From Dehalococcoidia bacterium (lineage in GTDB: Bacteria > Chloroflexota > Dehalococcoidia > Lucifugimonadales > Australimonadaceae): 64,000 nucleotides of DNA. Shown in pieces: positions 37,370 to 48,197 of this stretch. Position 1 is the first letter of the stretch. Each line of letters opens with the position of its first letter. The notes beneath the pieces are model-generated. The model saw only the letters and a list, made by a program, of their open reading frames with translations, searched no databases and was not told the origin of the DNA. A program made the translations under genes and the position numbers. The DNA is taken from assembly GCA_965116255.1 (NCBI GenBank), contig OZ220670.1, positions 522,293-586,292 on the forward strand, given 5' to 3'.

Positions 37370-38178
37370 CGGAACTTCAGGAACGGCTGAACCTGGCACT
37401 ATCCTTGGCACGAGAAGCGGGGGAGTACGTGCTGGATTACTATCAGCGGCTCGATTTGAGCGTCGACAGCAAAGCGGACGCTAGCCCCGTGACGATTGCG
37501 GACAAGGGGGGCGAAGAGCTGATTCGTAGCCGATTGGCCAAGCAGTGTCCCCGTGACGGCGTCCTGGGCGAAGAGTTTCCGGAGACGGAAGGGGGAAGCG
37601 GTTGGCGCTGGATACTCGATCCCATCGACGGCACGCAGTCGTTCATCCGTGGCGTGCCGCTGTTCGGCACGATGGTCGCTCTGGAGCATGAAGGCGACGC
37701 CGTAGCCGGGGTCATCGTATTCCCCGCGCTGCGCGAGCATATCCATGCCGCAACGGGATGCGGAGCCTGGTGGACGCTCGGCCTAGGGAGGGAGGGCGAG
37801 CCAATACCGGAGGTGCGGCGTGCGCATGTATCAGACGTTGCGAAGCTAGCAAACGCAACGTTCACCGTCACGTCATCCCGGATCTTCGATCAGATGGGGA
37901 TGGCAGACGCATACGTGCGGATGAGCCGCGCCGTGGGCCGTGTGCGTGGCTGGGGCGATTGTTTCGGCCACTACCTCGTGGCGACGGGTCGCGTCGACGT
38001 AATGGTCGATCCGGAAGTAAAGCCATGGGACAACGCGCCACTGAAGCCCATCATGGAAGAAGCTGGCGGGTGCTTTACCGACCTATCAGGCAAACCGACG
38101 ATATACGGCGGCAGCGGCATTTCGACGAACGGACTACTGCACGAAGCAGCCCTGCGAGTGCTTGGACGCCCGGATTAG
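37366..38178 (+). CDS. inositol monophosphatase family protein (possibly HisN-type histidinol-phosphatase)
   Basis: Motifs EEF...[17 protein letters not shown] and [15 protein letters not shown]. 4-nt overlap with the upstream gene. Confidence 0.85.
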   Translation: MTELQERLNLALSLAREAGEYVLDYYQRLDLSVDSKADASPVTIADKGGEELIRSRLAKQCPRDGVLGEEFPETEGGSGWRWILDPIDGTQSFIRGVPLFGTMVALEHEGDAVAGVIVFPALREHIHAATGCGAWWTLGLGREGEPIPEVRRAHVSDVAKLANATFTVTSSRIFDQMGMADAYVRMSRAVGRVRGWGDCFGHYLVATGRVDVMVDPEVKPWDNAPLKPIMEEAGGCFTDLSGKPTIYGGSGISTNGLLHEAALRVLGRPD

Positions 38179-39458
38179 GCGCTGCGCGCTTCGGGGAATT
38201 CGAGCGAAGGGGAGTGCATTCGGAGGCGCTCGCCGGTAGCAGACAAGAGGGCGGGGGTGACGATCCTGCCCTCGGCATCTACATCGATGATGCACTTCAC
38301 GACGTCGGTCATCGACGGCAATTCGTACATGACGTCCAAGAGCGCCTGCTCGATGATCGTTCGGAGCCCGCGCGCACCCGTCTTGCGGGTTAGCGCCTGA
38401 TCCGCTGCCGCCTCGAGCGCAGCGTCAGTGAAGACAAGCTCAACGCCATCGAGAGAGAAGAGGTGCTGGAACTGCTTGGTAACGGCGTTTTTCGGCTCGG
38501 TGAGAATGCGGAGCATCGCCTCTTTGTCGAGGCCGTGCAGGTTGACGGCGACGGGCAAGCGCCCGACGAATTCAGGGATGAAGCCGTACTCGAGCAGGTC
38601 TTCCGGCCGCACCTCATCGCGCACTTCGTCGGTCGCGCGGTCGCTCAGCGCTTCGCTCGACTGGAAGCCGATGCGCTGGCTACCAGCGGCAACACGTCGG
38701 GCAATAACGTCCTGAATGCCGTCGAATGCGCCGCCACAGATGAAGAGAATGTTATCGGTGTGGAGCTGGAGGAATTCCTGCTGAGGATGCTTGCGCCCGC
38801 CCTGTGGAGGCACATTGGCAGAGTAACCTTCGATGAGCTTGAGAAGCGCTTGCTGGACGCCCTCGCCTGACACATCGCGGGTGATGGAGGGGTTAGCGGC
38901 CTTGCGCGATAGCTTGTCGATCTCGTCGATGTAGATGATGCCCTGCTCTGCCCGTGCGACGTCGTAGTCAGCAGCGTGAATGAGACGAAGCAGAATGTTC
39001 TCGACATCCTCGCCTACGTAGCCCGCTTCTGTAAGCGCTGTAGCGTCGGCGATGGCAAAAGGGACGTCCAAAATCTTGGCAAGCGTCTGTGCCAGCAAAG
39101 TCTTGCCGGAGCCCGTAGGACCGGTGAGCAGAATGTTGCTCTTTTCGAGCTCGACATCGCTAGACGTTGCGTTGGATGTGATGCGCTTGTAGTGGTTGTA
39201 GACGGCCACGCTGAGGACGCGCTTGGCCTTGTCTTGGCCGATGACATATTCATCAAGACGTTCGGCGATCTCCACGGGAGATAGGGCCTTTCCCAGCGTA
39301 GGGGGCTTCGGTGCGCTACCCTCCTCCGCCATGATTTGCTGGCAGAGGCGCACGCACTCGTCGCAGATGAAGACGCGGCCTGGGCCTGCAATCAAGCGCT
39401 TCACTGATGTTTGCCCCTTGCCGCAGAAGGAGCAGACCTGCTCGTTACGCGCGGTCAT
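38175..39458 (-). CDS. clpX: ATP-dependent Clp protease ATP-binding subunit ClpX
   Basis: N-terminal zinc finger CSFCGK...CDEC, Walker A GPTGSGKT, Walker [10 protein letters not shown], and the IGF-type loop region. Confidence 0.95.
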   Translation of the reverse strand: MTARNEQVCSFCGKGQTSVKRLIAGPGRVFICDECVRLCQQIMAEEGSAPKPPTLGKALSPVEIAERLDEYVIGQDKAKRVLSVAVYNHYKRITSNATSSDVELEKSNILLTGPTGSGKTLLAQTLAKILDVPFAIADATALTEAGYVGEDVENILLRLIHAADYDVARAEQGIIYIDEIDKLSRKAANPSITRDVSGEGVQQALLKLIEGYSANVPPQGGRKHPQQEFLQLHTDNILFICGGAFDGIQDVIARRVAAGSQRIGFQSSEALSDRATDEVRDEVRPEDLLEYGFIPEFVGRLPVAVNLHGLDKEAMLRILTEPKNAVTKQFQHLFSLDGVELVFTDAALEAAADQALTRKTGARGLRTIIEQALLDVMYELPSMTDVVKCIIDVDAEGRIVTPALLSATGERLRMHSPSLEFPEARSA

Positions 39459-39466
39459 GTTTACTC

Positions 39467-40099
39467 CTAGGAGGCTGCACCGGACTGGGCCGGGATGGGG
39501 GTGCCGAGCACCTCGTCGACAAGGCCGTACTCCTTAGCCTGTTCTGCGGGGAGGAAGAAGTCCCTGTCGGAGTCATGCACGATCTTGTCGTAGGGTTGGC
39601 CAGTGTGCTCGGAGAGGATGTTCCGAATCTTATCCTGAACACGCAGTATCTCACGAGCAGCGATTTCGACGTCGGCGGCCTGCCCTTGCGCTCCCCCCAT
39701 AGCCTGATGCATGTGAATGGTGGCGTTGGGTAGCGCGTACCGCTTGCCCTTCTCCCCGGAGCAGAGGAGCACGGTGCCCATGCTCGCCGCCATGCCCACG
39801 CAGATAGTCGAGACATTGGGGCGGATGAGCTGCATGGTGTCGTAGATGGCAAGACCCGCCGTAATGACGCCACCCGGGCTATTGATGTAGAGGCTGATAT
39901 CGCGCTCCGGGTCCTCGCGCTCGAGGAAGAGCAACTGAGCGACGATAAGATTCGCGACTTGGTCGTTAATGGGAGTACCGAGGAATACGATGCGCTCCTT
40001 GAGAAGGAGTGAGTAGATATCGTAGGCGCGCTCGCCCCGGGCACCCGACTCGATGACCATAGGGACGATGTTCATCGCCCGGTCGATATGGCTGTCCAT
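39467..40099 (-). CDS. clpP: ATP-dependent Clp protease proteolytic subunit
   Basis: [16 protein letters not shown], active-site GMAASMG, MHQ. Confidence 0.95.
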   Translation of the reverse strand: MDSHIDRAMNIVPMVIESGARGERAYDIYSLLLKERIVFLGTPINDQVANLIVAQLLFLEREDPERDISLYINSPGGVITAGLAIYDTMQLIRPNVSTICVGMAASMGTVLLCSGEKGKRYALPNATIHMHQAMGGAQGQAADVEIAAREILRVQDKIRNILSEHTGQPYDKIVHDSDRDFFLPAEQAKEYGLVDEVLGTPIPAQSGAAS

Positions 40100-40110
40100 A
40101 CATCCTCCCG

Positions 40111-41526
40111 TTACTGCTTCTTCGCTCTGGCGCGCCGCGGCGGGCGGGCTTTCGATTGCTTGGACTTCGGCTGCTCGGCCGCTGGTACGCCAGCAGCCGG
40201 CGCGGCTGCCTTGGCGCCGCCGGGGCCAACGGCGGCCTCTTCCGAAAGGCGATCGATGGCGCGGCGCTCAGCAACGACGCGCCGGAACGACTCGCGCGTA
40301 CTTGGCTCTTTGAGCCCGCTACGGACCTGCTTGGCGTCCGATCCGGCGCTCTTCGCCAGTTGCTCGACTTCTTCCTTGAGCACGTCGTCGTCCACCTCGA
40401 TAGCGTAGTCCTCGACGAGCTTGCGCAGGACGAAGGCGCGTTTGACGCGCTCCTCGACTGCAGGGCGGGCAGCCTCGCGTATCTCTTCCGCCGACTTGCC
40501 GGCCCACGCGAGGTAGTTCTGGTAGTACTCCAAGGTGATGCGGCCGGTGTTCATCGCTTCCTGGAAGCCCTGGAGGTAGTGGTCGATTTCGTGGTCAATA
40601 AGGAGAGGCGACGCCTCGAAGGCCGCCTGTGTGAGCAGCTTGTCTACGACCTCTTCTTTATGGCGGGCATCGACGTTCCTCGCCTCTTCGCTTTCCATGT
40701 CCTCACGGACCTTCTTGCGGAGCGCCTCAATGTCCTCATAGTCACCCAGACTCTTGGCCAGTTCATCGTCGATGGCTACTTTGGCTCGGCGCTTGACGGA
40801 GTGGATGGTGACGGTGAAGTGGACTGTGGCGCCCGCCACTTCAGGCGACTCGTAGTCCTGCGGTACCTCGATGTCGAACGAGGTCTCCTCACCGACGTTG
40901 AGCGAGATGACCTTCTCGGCGAAGCCAGGCACGGGGAGGCGCGAATTTGCTCTGGGGACGTAGTCCTCCCTATTGCTCTTGATGGCGTCGTGGTCGTGGT
41001 CGTGGTCTTTCGCGTAATACGAACCATGGGCCGTGATGTTAAGCAAGTCGTCAAATTCGGGCTTGCCATCCACAGGCTCCCACGGCGCAGCGTTCTCGCT
41101 GAGCTGCTGGATCGCCTCCTCAACCTGCGCCTTGGTGATGCGCACACGCTCCTTGGGCGCATTGATACGGGAGAGGTCGCCGAGGTCGACCTCCGGGACA
41201 AGGGGGACGGTAGCGATGTATTTGATGGGGTCCAGCGCCTCTAGGGAGATGGAGGGAAGGCCACCCATCTCAAGCGATTCCTGCGCGACTGCTTTGGCGG
41301 TGACCTCCGGAAGCATGAAATCGAGCGCCTGATTCGCTAGGTACTCGCGCCCGTACATCTGCTCAACGATGCGCCGCGGCGCCTTTCCTTTGCGAAAGCC
41401 TGGGATGTTGAGGCGATTGACGACCTGCTTATAGGCGCGCTCGATGTACGGCTCGACGTCGTCGGCATTCAGCTCGACGGTGAGCAGGGCTTCGCGCGAC
41501 GGGCGCTGTTCGGAGGTGACCTTCAC
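40111..41526 (-). CDS. tig: trigger factor
   Basis: N-terminal ribosome-binding signature GFRKGKAPR, a central FKBP-like domain, and a C-terminal arm domain with a basic low-complexity tail. Classic tig-clpP-clpX order. Confidence 0.92.
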   Translation of the reverse strand: MKVTSEQRPSREALLTVELNADDVEPYIERAYKQVVNRLNIPGFRKGKAPRRIVEQMYGREYLANQALDFMLPEVTAKAVAQESLEMGGLPSISLEALDPIKYIATVPLVPEVDLGDLSRINAPKERVRITKAQVEEAIQQLSENAAPWEPVDGKPEFDDLLNITAHGSYYAKDHDHDHDAIKSNREDYVPRANSRLPVPGFAEKVISLNVGEETSFDIEVPQDYESPEVAGATVHFTVTIHSVKRRAKVAIDDELAKSLGDYEDIEALRKKVREDMESEEARNVDARHKEEVVDKLLTQAAFEASPLLIDHEIDHYLQGFQEAMNTGRITLEYYQNYLAWAGKSAEEIREAARPAVEERVKRAFVLRKLVEDYAIEVDDDVLKEEVEQLAKSAGSDAKQVRSGLKEPSTRESFRRVVAERRAIDRLSEEAAVGPGGAKAAAPAAGVPAAEQPKSKQSKARPPRRARAKKQ

Positions 41527-41650
41527 GGCTAAGGGCTGTCGTCAACTTGGCGGATGGCGAGGCTCTTCGTTCCCTTGTAGCACGGCGCACGACGGCGCAC
41601 AAGACCTGGCAATGGGCGGGCAACCAGCCCGTTACCTGCAAAGTCTAACA

Positions 41651-42565
41651 CTAAAGACCGCCGTGTACGACTGGCTGGTCATGGGGGTAGAGCTCGTCGA
41701 GGAGTTGGAGGAACGCGGTGAGGATGGCGCCGTAACTCGCCGCGCGGCGCACCATCGCCGCGGTCGGCAACGTGACCTGATATCCCTCCTTCAGTTCGGC
41801 GTGCGCGAGCGTACCGAGCGCAAGTTCACGGCGGAGCGCGTTTAGTGGCAGGAAGGATATGCCGAGGCCACGCTCAATCATTCGCTTCGTCGCCTCGATT
41901 GAGTCGAGGTCCATCTTGATGTTGGGCAAGATGCCGGCCTCGCGGCAGACCCGGTCGATCAACTGGAAGTAGGTGCTCTCCTGATCGTAAACGATGAGCG
42001 GCTCCACGCCCACCTCGTAAATGCTGGCAACGCCGGCTTTCGCAAATCGGTGCTCGGGGTGCGCAACGAGGACGACCTCCTCGTCGTAGAGATGCTTCGT
42101 CGCAACGTCCGAGTGCATGAAGCCGCGAGAGATGCCGACCTGAATATCGTCCTTCAGCACCATTTCCAGTACGTGAGAGGAGCGGCCCGTCTTGATGGAG
42201 ACGTCAACGCCCGGATGGCGCTCTCGGAACGCCTCGAGGATGCCGGGCAGGACGTACGCGGATACGGCTCTCGCCGCGCCGATCTTGAGCTGGCCGGACG
42301 CAGCTGTGCGGCCCGCCTCGACTGCATCGCGTGCGTTCTTGATGGCGTCAAGGGCCCGCTCAGCATAGGGGAGCATTGTGCGGCCTGCCTCAGTGAGGCG
42401 CACACCCCTGCCGAGGCGGTGGAACATGGGCTCGCCCAGCTCCTTTTCGAGGGCAATGATGCGCGCACTGAGGGACGGCTGTGTGACGCCAAGCGCAGCA
42501 GCAGCTTTGGAGAAAGAGCTGGTGCGGACGACCTGCGCAAATGCTTCGAGCTGACCTACGTCCAT
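41651..42565 (-). CDS. LysR family transcriptional regulator
   Basis: N-terminal wHTH (LEAFAQVVRTSSFSKAAAALGVTQPSLSARIIALEKELG) plus a periplasmic-binding-like effector domain. Confidence 0.9.
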   Translation of the reverse strand: MDVGQLEAFAQVVRTSSFSKAAAALGVTQPSLSARIIALEKELGEPMFHRLGRGVRLTEAGRTMLPYAERALDAIKNARDAVEAGRTAASGQLKIGAARAVSAYVLPGILEAFRERHPGVDVSIKTGRSSHVLEMVLKDDIQVGISRGFMHSDVATKHLYDEEVVLVAHPEHRFAKAGVASIYEVGVEPLIVYDQESTYFQLIDRVCREAGILPNIKMDLDSIEATKRMIERGLGISFLPLNALRRELALGTLAHAELKEGYQVTLPTAAMVRRAASYGAILTAFLQLLDELYPHDQPVVHGGL

Positions 42566-42633
42566 GGTTACCCCGGCGCTAGTCTATGCGCTATGGTAGG
42601 AGAGCGCGCGGCGGCGCAGCGGAGGTAGCGGCA

Positions 42634-42861
42634 GTGTTCTCAATCATCCGGCTGATGCTTCGCCTCATTTGGGTAGCCATAATCGTGCTTGGAGTAAAGC
42701 GCTTGCTCGAATTGATGCAAAGCGGCCTAGATGAGGTTATCAGCCGGGTCGAGGAAGGCGAACAGGACGGCGTTAGCGAGTCCATTGTCCGGCTCCATGA
42801 GGCGCTGCACCGCCGGCATGGACACGAGGTACAAGGGAGCGATGCCACAGGCGAGATGTAG
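42634..42861 (+). CDS. small putative membrane protein (75 aa)
   Basis: GTG 42634 with GGAGG 8 nt upstream. One hydrophobic helix (IIRLMLRLIWVAIIVLGV) followed by an amphipathic acidic tail. No family recognised. Confidence 0.35.
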   Translation: MFSIIRLMLRLIWVAIIVLGVKRLLELMQSGLDEVISRVEEGEQDGVSESIVRLHEALHRRHGHEVQGSDATGEM

Positions 42862-42891
42862 CGCCGGCGTGGCAGTTGTCTGAGAGATTCC

Positions 42892-44706
42892 TTGCAAAAG
42901 AGCATTGCCTGCGGAGAGTTGAGGGCGGAACACGCGGGCCGTGAGGTCACGGTCGCGGGCTGGATGCACCGCCGCCGCGACCACGGCAACGTCATTTTCG
43001 TCGACCTGCGTGACAGCCGCGGACTTGTGCAGGTCGTATTTCACCCACAGGATGCACCCGCAGCCCACGCCGTTGCCGAGGGCCTGCGCGCCGAATGGGT
43101 CGTCTCCGTCACCGGGACGGTGCGAATGCGCCCGGAAGGGACGGCAAACGAGAACCTCGCGACGGGCGAGGTCGAAGTGCTGGCCTCCAGCGCAACGGTT
43201 CTCAACGAGTCGAAGACGCCTCCCTTTGACGTGAGCCAAGGCGGGCAAGGACAAGTAGACGAGCTCCTGCGGCTGCGCTACCGCTATCTCGATCTACGAA
43301 CGCAGCCTATGCACGACAACATCGTGCTCCGGCACCGCGTTGTGCAGTACATTCGCGATTTCTTGGACGAGCGCGAGTTCGTCGAAATCGAGACGCCGAT
43401 ACTCATCAAGAGCACACCGGAGGGCGCACGGGATTTCCTGGTGCCGAGCAGGTTGCATGCCGGATCGTTCTACGCCCTGCCCCAGTCACCGCAGCAGCTA
43501 AAGCAACTGCTTATGGTGGCCGGATTCGAGCGCTACTTCCAGATAGCGCGCTGCTTCCGCGACGAAGACCTGCGCGGCGACCGCCAATTCGAGCACACGC
43601 AGCTCGACCTTGAGATGTCGTTCGTTGACGAGGAGGACGTGCTCGGGCTCATCGAAGAGCTGTACGGTGGCATCGTACGCGACGTTGCACCGGAGGCGTT
43701 CCGTACGTCGCTCCCCTTCCCCCGCCTCCATTACGGCGATGTGATGGAGCGCTACGGAACGGACAAGCCCGATCTGCGCTTCGGCCTGGAACTGGCTGAT
43801 CTCAGCAAGATCGCCGGAGCATCCGAGGCACAGGTGCTGCGAGGAGCGGTCGAGGCGGGAGGCACGGTCAAGGGATTCGCCGCAACCAATTGCGCGGGCT
43901 ACTCGCGCCGCCAAATCGACGACCTCATCGCATTCGCCCAAACACGAGGCGCCAAGGGACTCATCACCATCGCGCTCGATGCAGCCGCCGGCACGTTCGA
44001 TGCACTGAGAATGGAGCACGTACGCTCGCAGGTCGCACGAGCGCTATCGCTCGATGAAGTCAAGTCCGTCGCCACAGCGACCGGCGCCGGGCCGGGCGAC
44101 CTCATCTTGATCGTCGCGGGTGAGACGACCGTGGTGAACACCGCCCTGTCGCAACTGCGAAACGAAATGGGCGCGCGGCTTGGCCTGGCCGACCCACACC
44201 AACTCGCATTTGCGTTCGTGACCGGCTTCCCACTCTTTGAGTGGCACGACGATTCGTCGACGTGGCAGCCGTCCCACCACCTGTTCACGGCGCCGCTCGA
44301 AGAGCACTGGGCGTTACTGAAAACAGACCCAGGCGCGATGCGGGCGCGCCACTACGACCTCGTGGCCAACGGGATGGAGCTTGCGAGCGGGAGCATCCGC
44401 ATCCACAAGCGCGAGCGTCAGGAGCGCATCATGCGTTTCCTCGGCTACGACGACGGGCAGATGGAAGAGCGGTTCGGCCAATTGCTTGGTGCATTGGAGT
44501 ATGGCGCGCCGCCACACGGAGGCATCGCACCCGGCATCGACAGGCTTGTAACCTTGCTGACGGAACATGCGGAGTCGATACGCGACGTCATCGCCTTTCC
44601 GAAGACGCAGACGGGCATCGACCCGCTATTCGAAACCCCCTCGCCGGTGGCGCGGGAGCAGTTGGATGAGCTGCACATCGCGGTTGCCCCGCGCCCCGAA
44701 CAGTAG
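42892..44706 (+). CDS. aspS: aspartate--tRNA ligase
   Basis: N-terminal OB anticodon-binding domain (CGELR...GWMHRRRDHGNVIFVDLRD) and class II motifs (FQIARCFRDEDLR, GSIRIH, GGIAPGIDR). TTG start. Confidence 0.93.
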   Translation: MQKSIACGELRAEHAGREVTVAGWMHRRRDHGNVIFVDLRDSRGLVQVVFHPQDAPAAHAVAEGLRAEWVVSVTGTVRMRPEGTANENLATGEVEVLASSATVLNESKTPPFDVSQGGQGQVDELLRLRYRYLDLRTQPMHDNIVLRHRVVQYIRDFLDEREFVEIETPILIKSTPEGARDFLVPSRLHAGSFYALPQSPQQLKQLLMVAGFERYFQIARCFRDEDLRGDRQFEHTQLDLEMSFVDEEDVLGLIEELYGGIVRDVAPEAFRTSLPFPRLHYGDVMERYGTDKPDLRFGLELADLSKIAGASEAQVLRGAVEAGGTVKGFAATNCAGYSRRQIDDLIAFAQTRGAKGLITIALDAAAGTFDALRMEHVRSQVARALSLDEVKSVATATGAGPGDLILIVAGETTVVNTALSQLRNEMGARLGLADPHQLAFAFVTGFPLFEWHDDSSTWQPSHHLFTAPLEEHWALLKTDPGAMRARHYDLVANGMELASGSIRIHKRERQERIMRFLGYDDGQMEERFGQLLGALEYGAPPHGGIAPGIDRLVTLLTEHAESIRDVIAFPKTQTGIDPLFETPSPVAREQLDELHIAVAPRPEQ

Positions 44707-44772
44707 GCGGCGAGCGGTGGTGGCGTGCTTGGTGCCTATGAATAAACACAATACCTGCTGGAGGAAACGCTT

Positions 44773-45234
44773 ATGGCAACGCCGCTAGAACGATTGGTCG
44801 AGTTGGGTCTGACGCTGCCGGAAGCCGCCGCACCAGTCGCCAACTACGTACCCTACGTTCGGACGGGTGAATTGCTATTCGTATCGGGCAACGTCTCGCG
44901 CAACGCCGACGGAAGCGTAATGCCCGGCAAATTGGGCGTCGACATGACTGTGGAAGAGGGCTACGTGGCGGCCCGCTCGGCGGCGATGTACGTCCTAGCC
45001 GCAGCGAACGAAGCGGCAGGCTCGCTCGACAGCGTTAAGCGCGTCGTACGGATGTTGGGAATGGTCAACTGTACGCCCGACTTCGCACAGATGCCACAAG
45101 TCATCAACGGCGCGTCAGACCTGTTTGTGGACATATTCGGCGACGCCGGCCGCCACTCACGGGCAGCAGTGGGAATGGCGTCGCTGCCGGCCAACTCCGC
45201 CGTCGAAATCGAGGTCATCTGCGAGCTGAGGTAG
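44773..45234 (+). CDS. RidA/YjgF family protein
   Basis: 153 aa. Chorismate-mutase-like RidA fold pattern ending GMASLPANSAVEIEVICEL. Confidence 0.8.
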   Translation: MATPLERLVELGLTLPEAAAPVANYVPYVRTGELLFVSGNVSRNADGSVMPGKLGVDMTVEEGYVAARSAAMYVLAAANEAAGSLDSVKRVVRMLGMVNCTPDFAQMPQVINGASDLFVDIFGDAGRHSRAAVGMASLPANSAVEIEVICELR

Positions 45235-45248
45235 AGAGCATGCGCGCA

Positions 45249-46142
45249 CTACGTTCCTGCAGCGTAGCGGGCGGCCTGAAGCGTGTTACTGAGCAGCATG
45301 GCGATGGTCATCGGCCCCACGCCGCCAGGGACGGGGCTAATGGCTCTAGCCTTCTCGGCAACAGGCTCGAAATCCACGTCGCCCACCAAGCGCGTTCCCG
45401 ACTTGGTGGAAGGGTCATCTATCCGGTTGGTGCCTACGTCGATGACGACGGCGCCCTCCTGCACCATGTCGGCAGTTACGGCGCGAGGGCGGCCCATTGC
45501 GGCAACCAGGATATCGGCGCCACGCGTGTGCTCTCCAATATCCGGTGTCCCAGTGTGGCACACGGTGACGGTCGCATTTGCGCCGTCGACCTTCTGCATC
45601 AGCAGCGCAGCCAGAGGCTTACCGACGATGTTGCTGCGTCCCATGATCACGACGTGCTTGCCCGAGGGATCGTTGCCTGAGCGCACCAGCATCATCTGGA
45701 CTCCCTGTGGCGTCGCAGGTACGAAGCGAGGGCGGCCCTCCAGCAAGCGCCCCGCGGAGAGCGGGTGGATGCCGTCTACATCCTTGGCCGCATCCAACTC
45801 CGCAATGACGGCGCGCTCGTCGATGTGCGAGGGCAGCGGCAGCTGCACCAGCATGCCATGGAAGCGAGCATCGTCGTTCAAGCGGTGTACGAGCGCGACG
45901 AGGTCGTTCTGCGATGTCGCATCCGGCAACTCGAAGGTGTCGCTGAACATCCCGGCTTCGTCACATGCGCGGCGCTTGTTGTGCACGTAGATCGCGGAGG
46001 CAGGATCGTCGCCGACGAGAACGGCAGCCAAGCCGGGGGTGACGCCAGTTTCTGCAGTGAGCGCGGAGACGGCTCGTGCGATTTCGGCGCGAACGTCGGC
46101 AGCCATCTGCCTGCCGTCTATGATTTCGGCGCTCATGCTCAC
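45249..46142 (-). CDS. folD: bifunctional methylenetetrahydrofolate dehydrogenase/methenyltetrahydrofolate cyclohydrolase
   Basis: IIDGRQMAADVR..., PGLAAVLVGDDPAS..YV..K, GRSNIVGKP, and PVPGGVGPMT motifs. Confidence 0.93.
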   Translation of the reverse strand: MSMSAEIIDGRQMAADVRAEIARAVSALTAETGVTPGLAAVLVGDDPASAIYVHNKRRACDEAGMFSDTFELPDATSQNDLVALVHRLNDDARFHGMLVQLPLPSHIDERAVIAELDAAKDVDGIHPLSAGRLLEGRPRFVPATPQGVQMMLVRSGNDPSGKHVVIMGRSNIVGKPLAALLMQKVDGANATVTVCHTGTPDIGEHTRGADILVAAMGRPRAVTADMVQEGAVVIDVGTNRIDDPSTKSGTRLVGDVDFEPVAEKARAISPVPGGVGPMTIAMLLSNTLQAARYAAGT

Positions 46143-46208
46143 CTCAGCGCAGGATAGGCGTACCCAATGGGAGCCTCATGATAGCAGCGCCGCTATACTC
46201 CCACTGCT

Positions 46209-46583
46209 ATGCGGAGCGCATTGACCGTCGGCGTTGACATCGTGGAGATAGACCGCATCGCATCGGTCTATGGGAGGTTCGGGCAGCGGTTCATCGAGCG
46301 GGTGTACACAGAGGGAGAGGCGTCGTACTGCCGCGGTCGCGCGCCGCAATTGGCGGCGCGATTTGCGGCCAAGGAGGCCGTGATGAAAGCGCTCGGAACG
46401 GGGCGTCACGGCATCGGCTGGCGCGAGGTAGAAGTGGCGCGGGCGCAAAGCGGCGCGCCGACCATCGTGCTGCATGGTCGCGCGATCGACCGCGCTGACC
46501 TGCTCGGCGTCAGCGAGCTGCAGCTGAGCCTATCGCACTCGCGCGCATACGCAGTAGCGTCGGTCGTTGGGAGAATGAGATGA
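46209..46583 (+). CDS. acpS: holo-[acyl-carrier-protein] synthase
   Basis: GVDIVEIDRI, FAAKEAVMKALG, and the LSLSHS pattern. 124 aa. Confidence 0.9.
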   Translation: MRSALTVGVDIVEIDRIASVYGRFGQRFIERVYTEGEASYCRGRAPQLAARFAAKEAVMKALGTGRHGIGWREVEVARAQSGAPTIVLHGRAIDRADLLGVSELQLSLSHSRAYAVASVVGRMR

Positions 46584-48181
46584 AGGTCGTCAGCGTAGAG
46601 CAGATGCGCGAGCTGGAGCGGCGCGCAATCGAGGCCGGCGTGCCGGAAGACGCGCTGATGGAGGCGGCAGGACTGGCGGTTGCCCGGCGCATCGGGCAGA
46701 TGGAAGGCGGCATACGAGGGCGGCGCATCATCGTATTCGTCGGTCCAGGCAACAACGGCGGTGACGGAATGGTCGCGGCGCGCTACCTAGCGGATTGGGG
46801 TGCGCTGGTCACCCTGTACATGACGAGCCCGAGGCGGCGCGAGGACAAATTGGAGGAATGCAAAGCGCGGCGTCTGCGTATCATCGAGGCGGCAGACGAC
46901 CAAGACCATTGGGCGCTGAACAGCTACCTGCCACTCACGGACCTCGTCGTGGACGCGGTGTTGGGCATTGGCGCTGAGCTGCCGCTGGCAGGCGGCATCC
47001 GCTCAGCACTGGAAGCGCTGTTGGCGGCGCGCTCAGGTCGTCCTGACCTGCAGATTGTCGCCGTCGACGCGCCGAGCGGCCTTGATGCGGACACGGGAGG
47101 GCTCGATGAATCGGCACCCCGTGCAAACCTAACCCTGACGCTTGGCGCACCCAAGGTCGGATTGTTCCGCTTTCCGGGCGCATCGGCTACGGGAACAATA
47201 GAGACGTTGCACATTGGCCTGCCGCAGGGAATAGACGACGACATGCCGATGACCCTGGCGGACGTGGAACACGTAGCGCCTCTGCTCCCTAGCCGTCCGC
47301 TCGATGCACACAAGGGTACATTTGGTACGGCGCTCATCGTTGCGGGCAGCCGGAACTACGTTGGGGCGTCCATTCTAACGAGCGCGGCGGCGTACCGTGC
47401 AGGGGCGGGGCTCGTGACCCTGGCTGCACCGATCGGGACGTACAACCTCGCCGCTGCACAGATGCGCGAGGCAACCTACCTGCCGCTATTGGAGTCGAGC
47501 GATGGCTCAGTCGCAGCGGCAGCAGCAAAGGACGTACTAGCGGGAGCCAAACGTGCTAGCGCTGCCGTCGTCGGGCCGGGGCTCGGCAACAGCGAACCGG
47601 TCGTCAACTTCCTCCAATCACTGCTCCTTGGCGAGTCCTCTCTTGAGTTGCCGACGGTCATCGACGCAGACGCGCTCAACTGCCTTGCCGGGTTGTACGG
47701 TTGGCCTGCCCACCTGCAGGCAGAGGCCGTGCTGACGCCCCACCCTGGTGAGATGTCGCGACTGATGCGCATGTCCGTGGGAGAAATAGAGGAAAACCGC
47801 CTGAGGGCCGCAACGGATGCCGCGAGAGAATGGAAGCAGGTTGTCGTGCTCAAGGGCGCCTTCACCCTCGTAGCCGCGCCCGATGGCCGCTCCGCGATTA
47901 GCCCATTCGCCAATCCGGGTTTGGCCACGGCGGGGAGCGGTGACGTGCTTGCCGGGGCGATAGGCGGGCTGATGGCACAGGGGCTGTCGCCATTCGATGC
48001 AGCAGTAGTGGGTGTACATATCCATGCGGCCGCGGGGGAGCGCGTCCGTCAACAGCTTGGTGACTCCGGCATGATGGCAGGTGATCTTGTACCGCAGTTG
48101 CCGCGCGTGACGCGAGAGTTGCGCCAGAAGAGCGCAAGCGCCCTCCCTGGCGACCGCCCTCCTATCGGCAGAGTGGGATAG
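46580..48181 (+). CDS. nnr: bifunctional NAD(P)H-hydrate epimerase / ADP-dependent dehydratase
   Basis: YjeF-N domain (VGPGNNGGDG) fused to a carbohydrate-kinase-like C-domain (HKGTFG..., GSGDVLAG). 4-nt overlap with acpS. Confidence 0.9.
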   Translation: MKVVSVEQMRELERRAIEAGVPEDALMEAAGLAVARRIGQMEGGIRGRRIIVFVGPGNNGGDGMVAARYLADWGALVTLYMTSPRRREDKLEECKARRLRIIEAADDQDHWALNSYLPLTDLVVDAVLGIGAELPLAGGIRSALEALLAARSGRPDLQIVAVDAPSGLDADTGGLDESAPRANLTLTLGAPKVGLFRFPGASATGTIETLHIGLPQGIDDDMPMTLADVEHVAPLLPSRPLDAHKGTFGTALIVAGSRNYVGASILTSAAAYRAGAGLVTLAAPIGTYNLAAAQMREATYLPLLESSDGSVAAAAAKDVLAGAKRASAAVVGPGLGNSEPVVNFLQSLLLGESSLELPTVIDADALNCLAGLYGWPAHLQAEAVLTPHPGEMSRLMRMSVGEIEENRLRAATDAAREWKQVVVLKGAFTLVAAPDGRSAISPFANPGLATAGSGDVLAGAIGGLMAQGLSPFDAAVVGVHIHAAAGERVRQQLGDSGMMAGDLVPQLPRVTRELRQKSASALPGDRPPIGRVG

Positions 48182-48197
48182 GAGCAAAAGGAGGGGA

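Noticed and set aside
40156-41244. 362-aa ORF on the + strand
   Set aside because: It is antisense to trigger factor, which carries the GFRKGKAPR signature and sits in the classic tig-clpP-clpX order.
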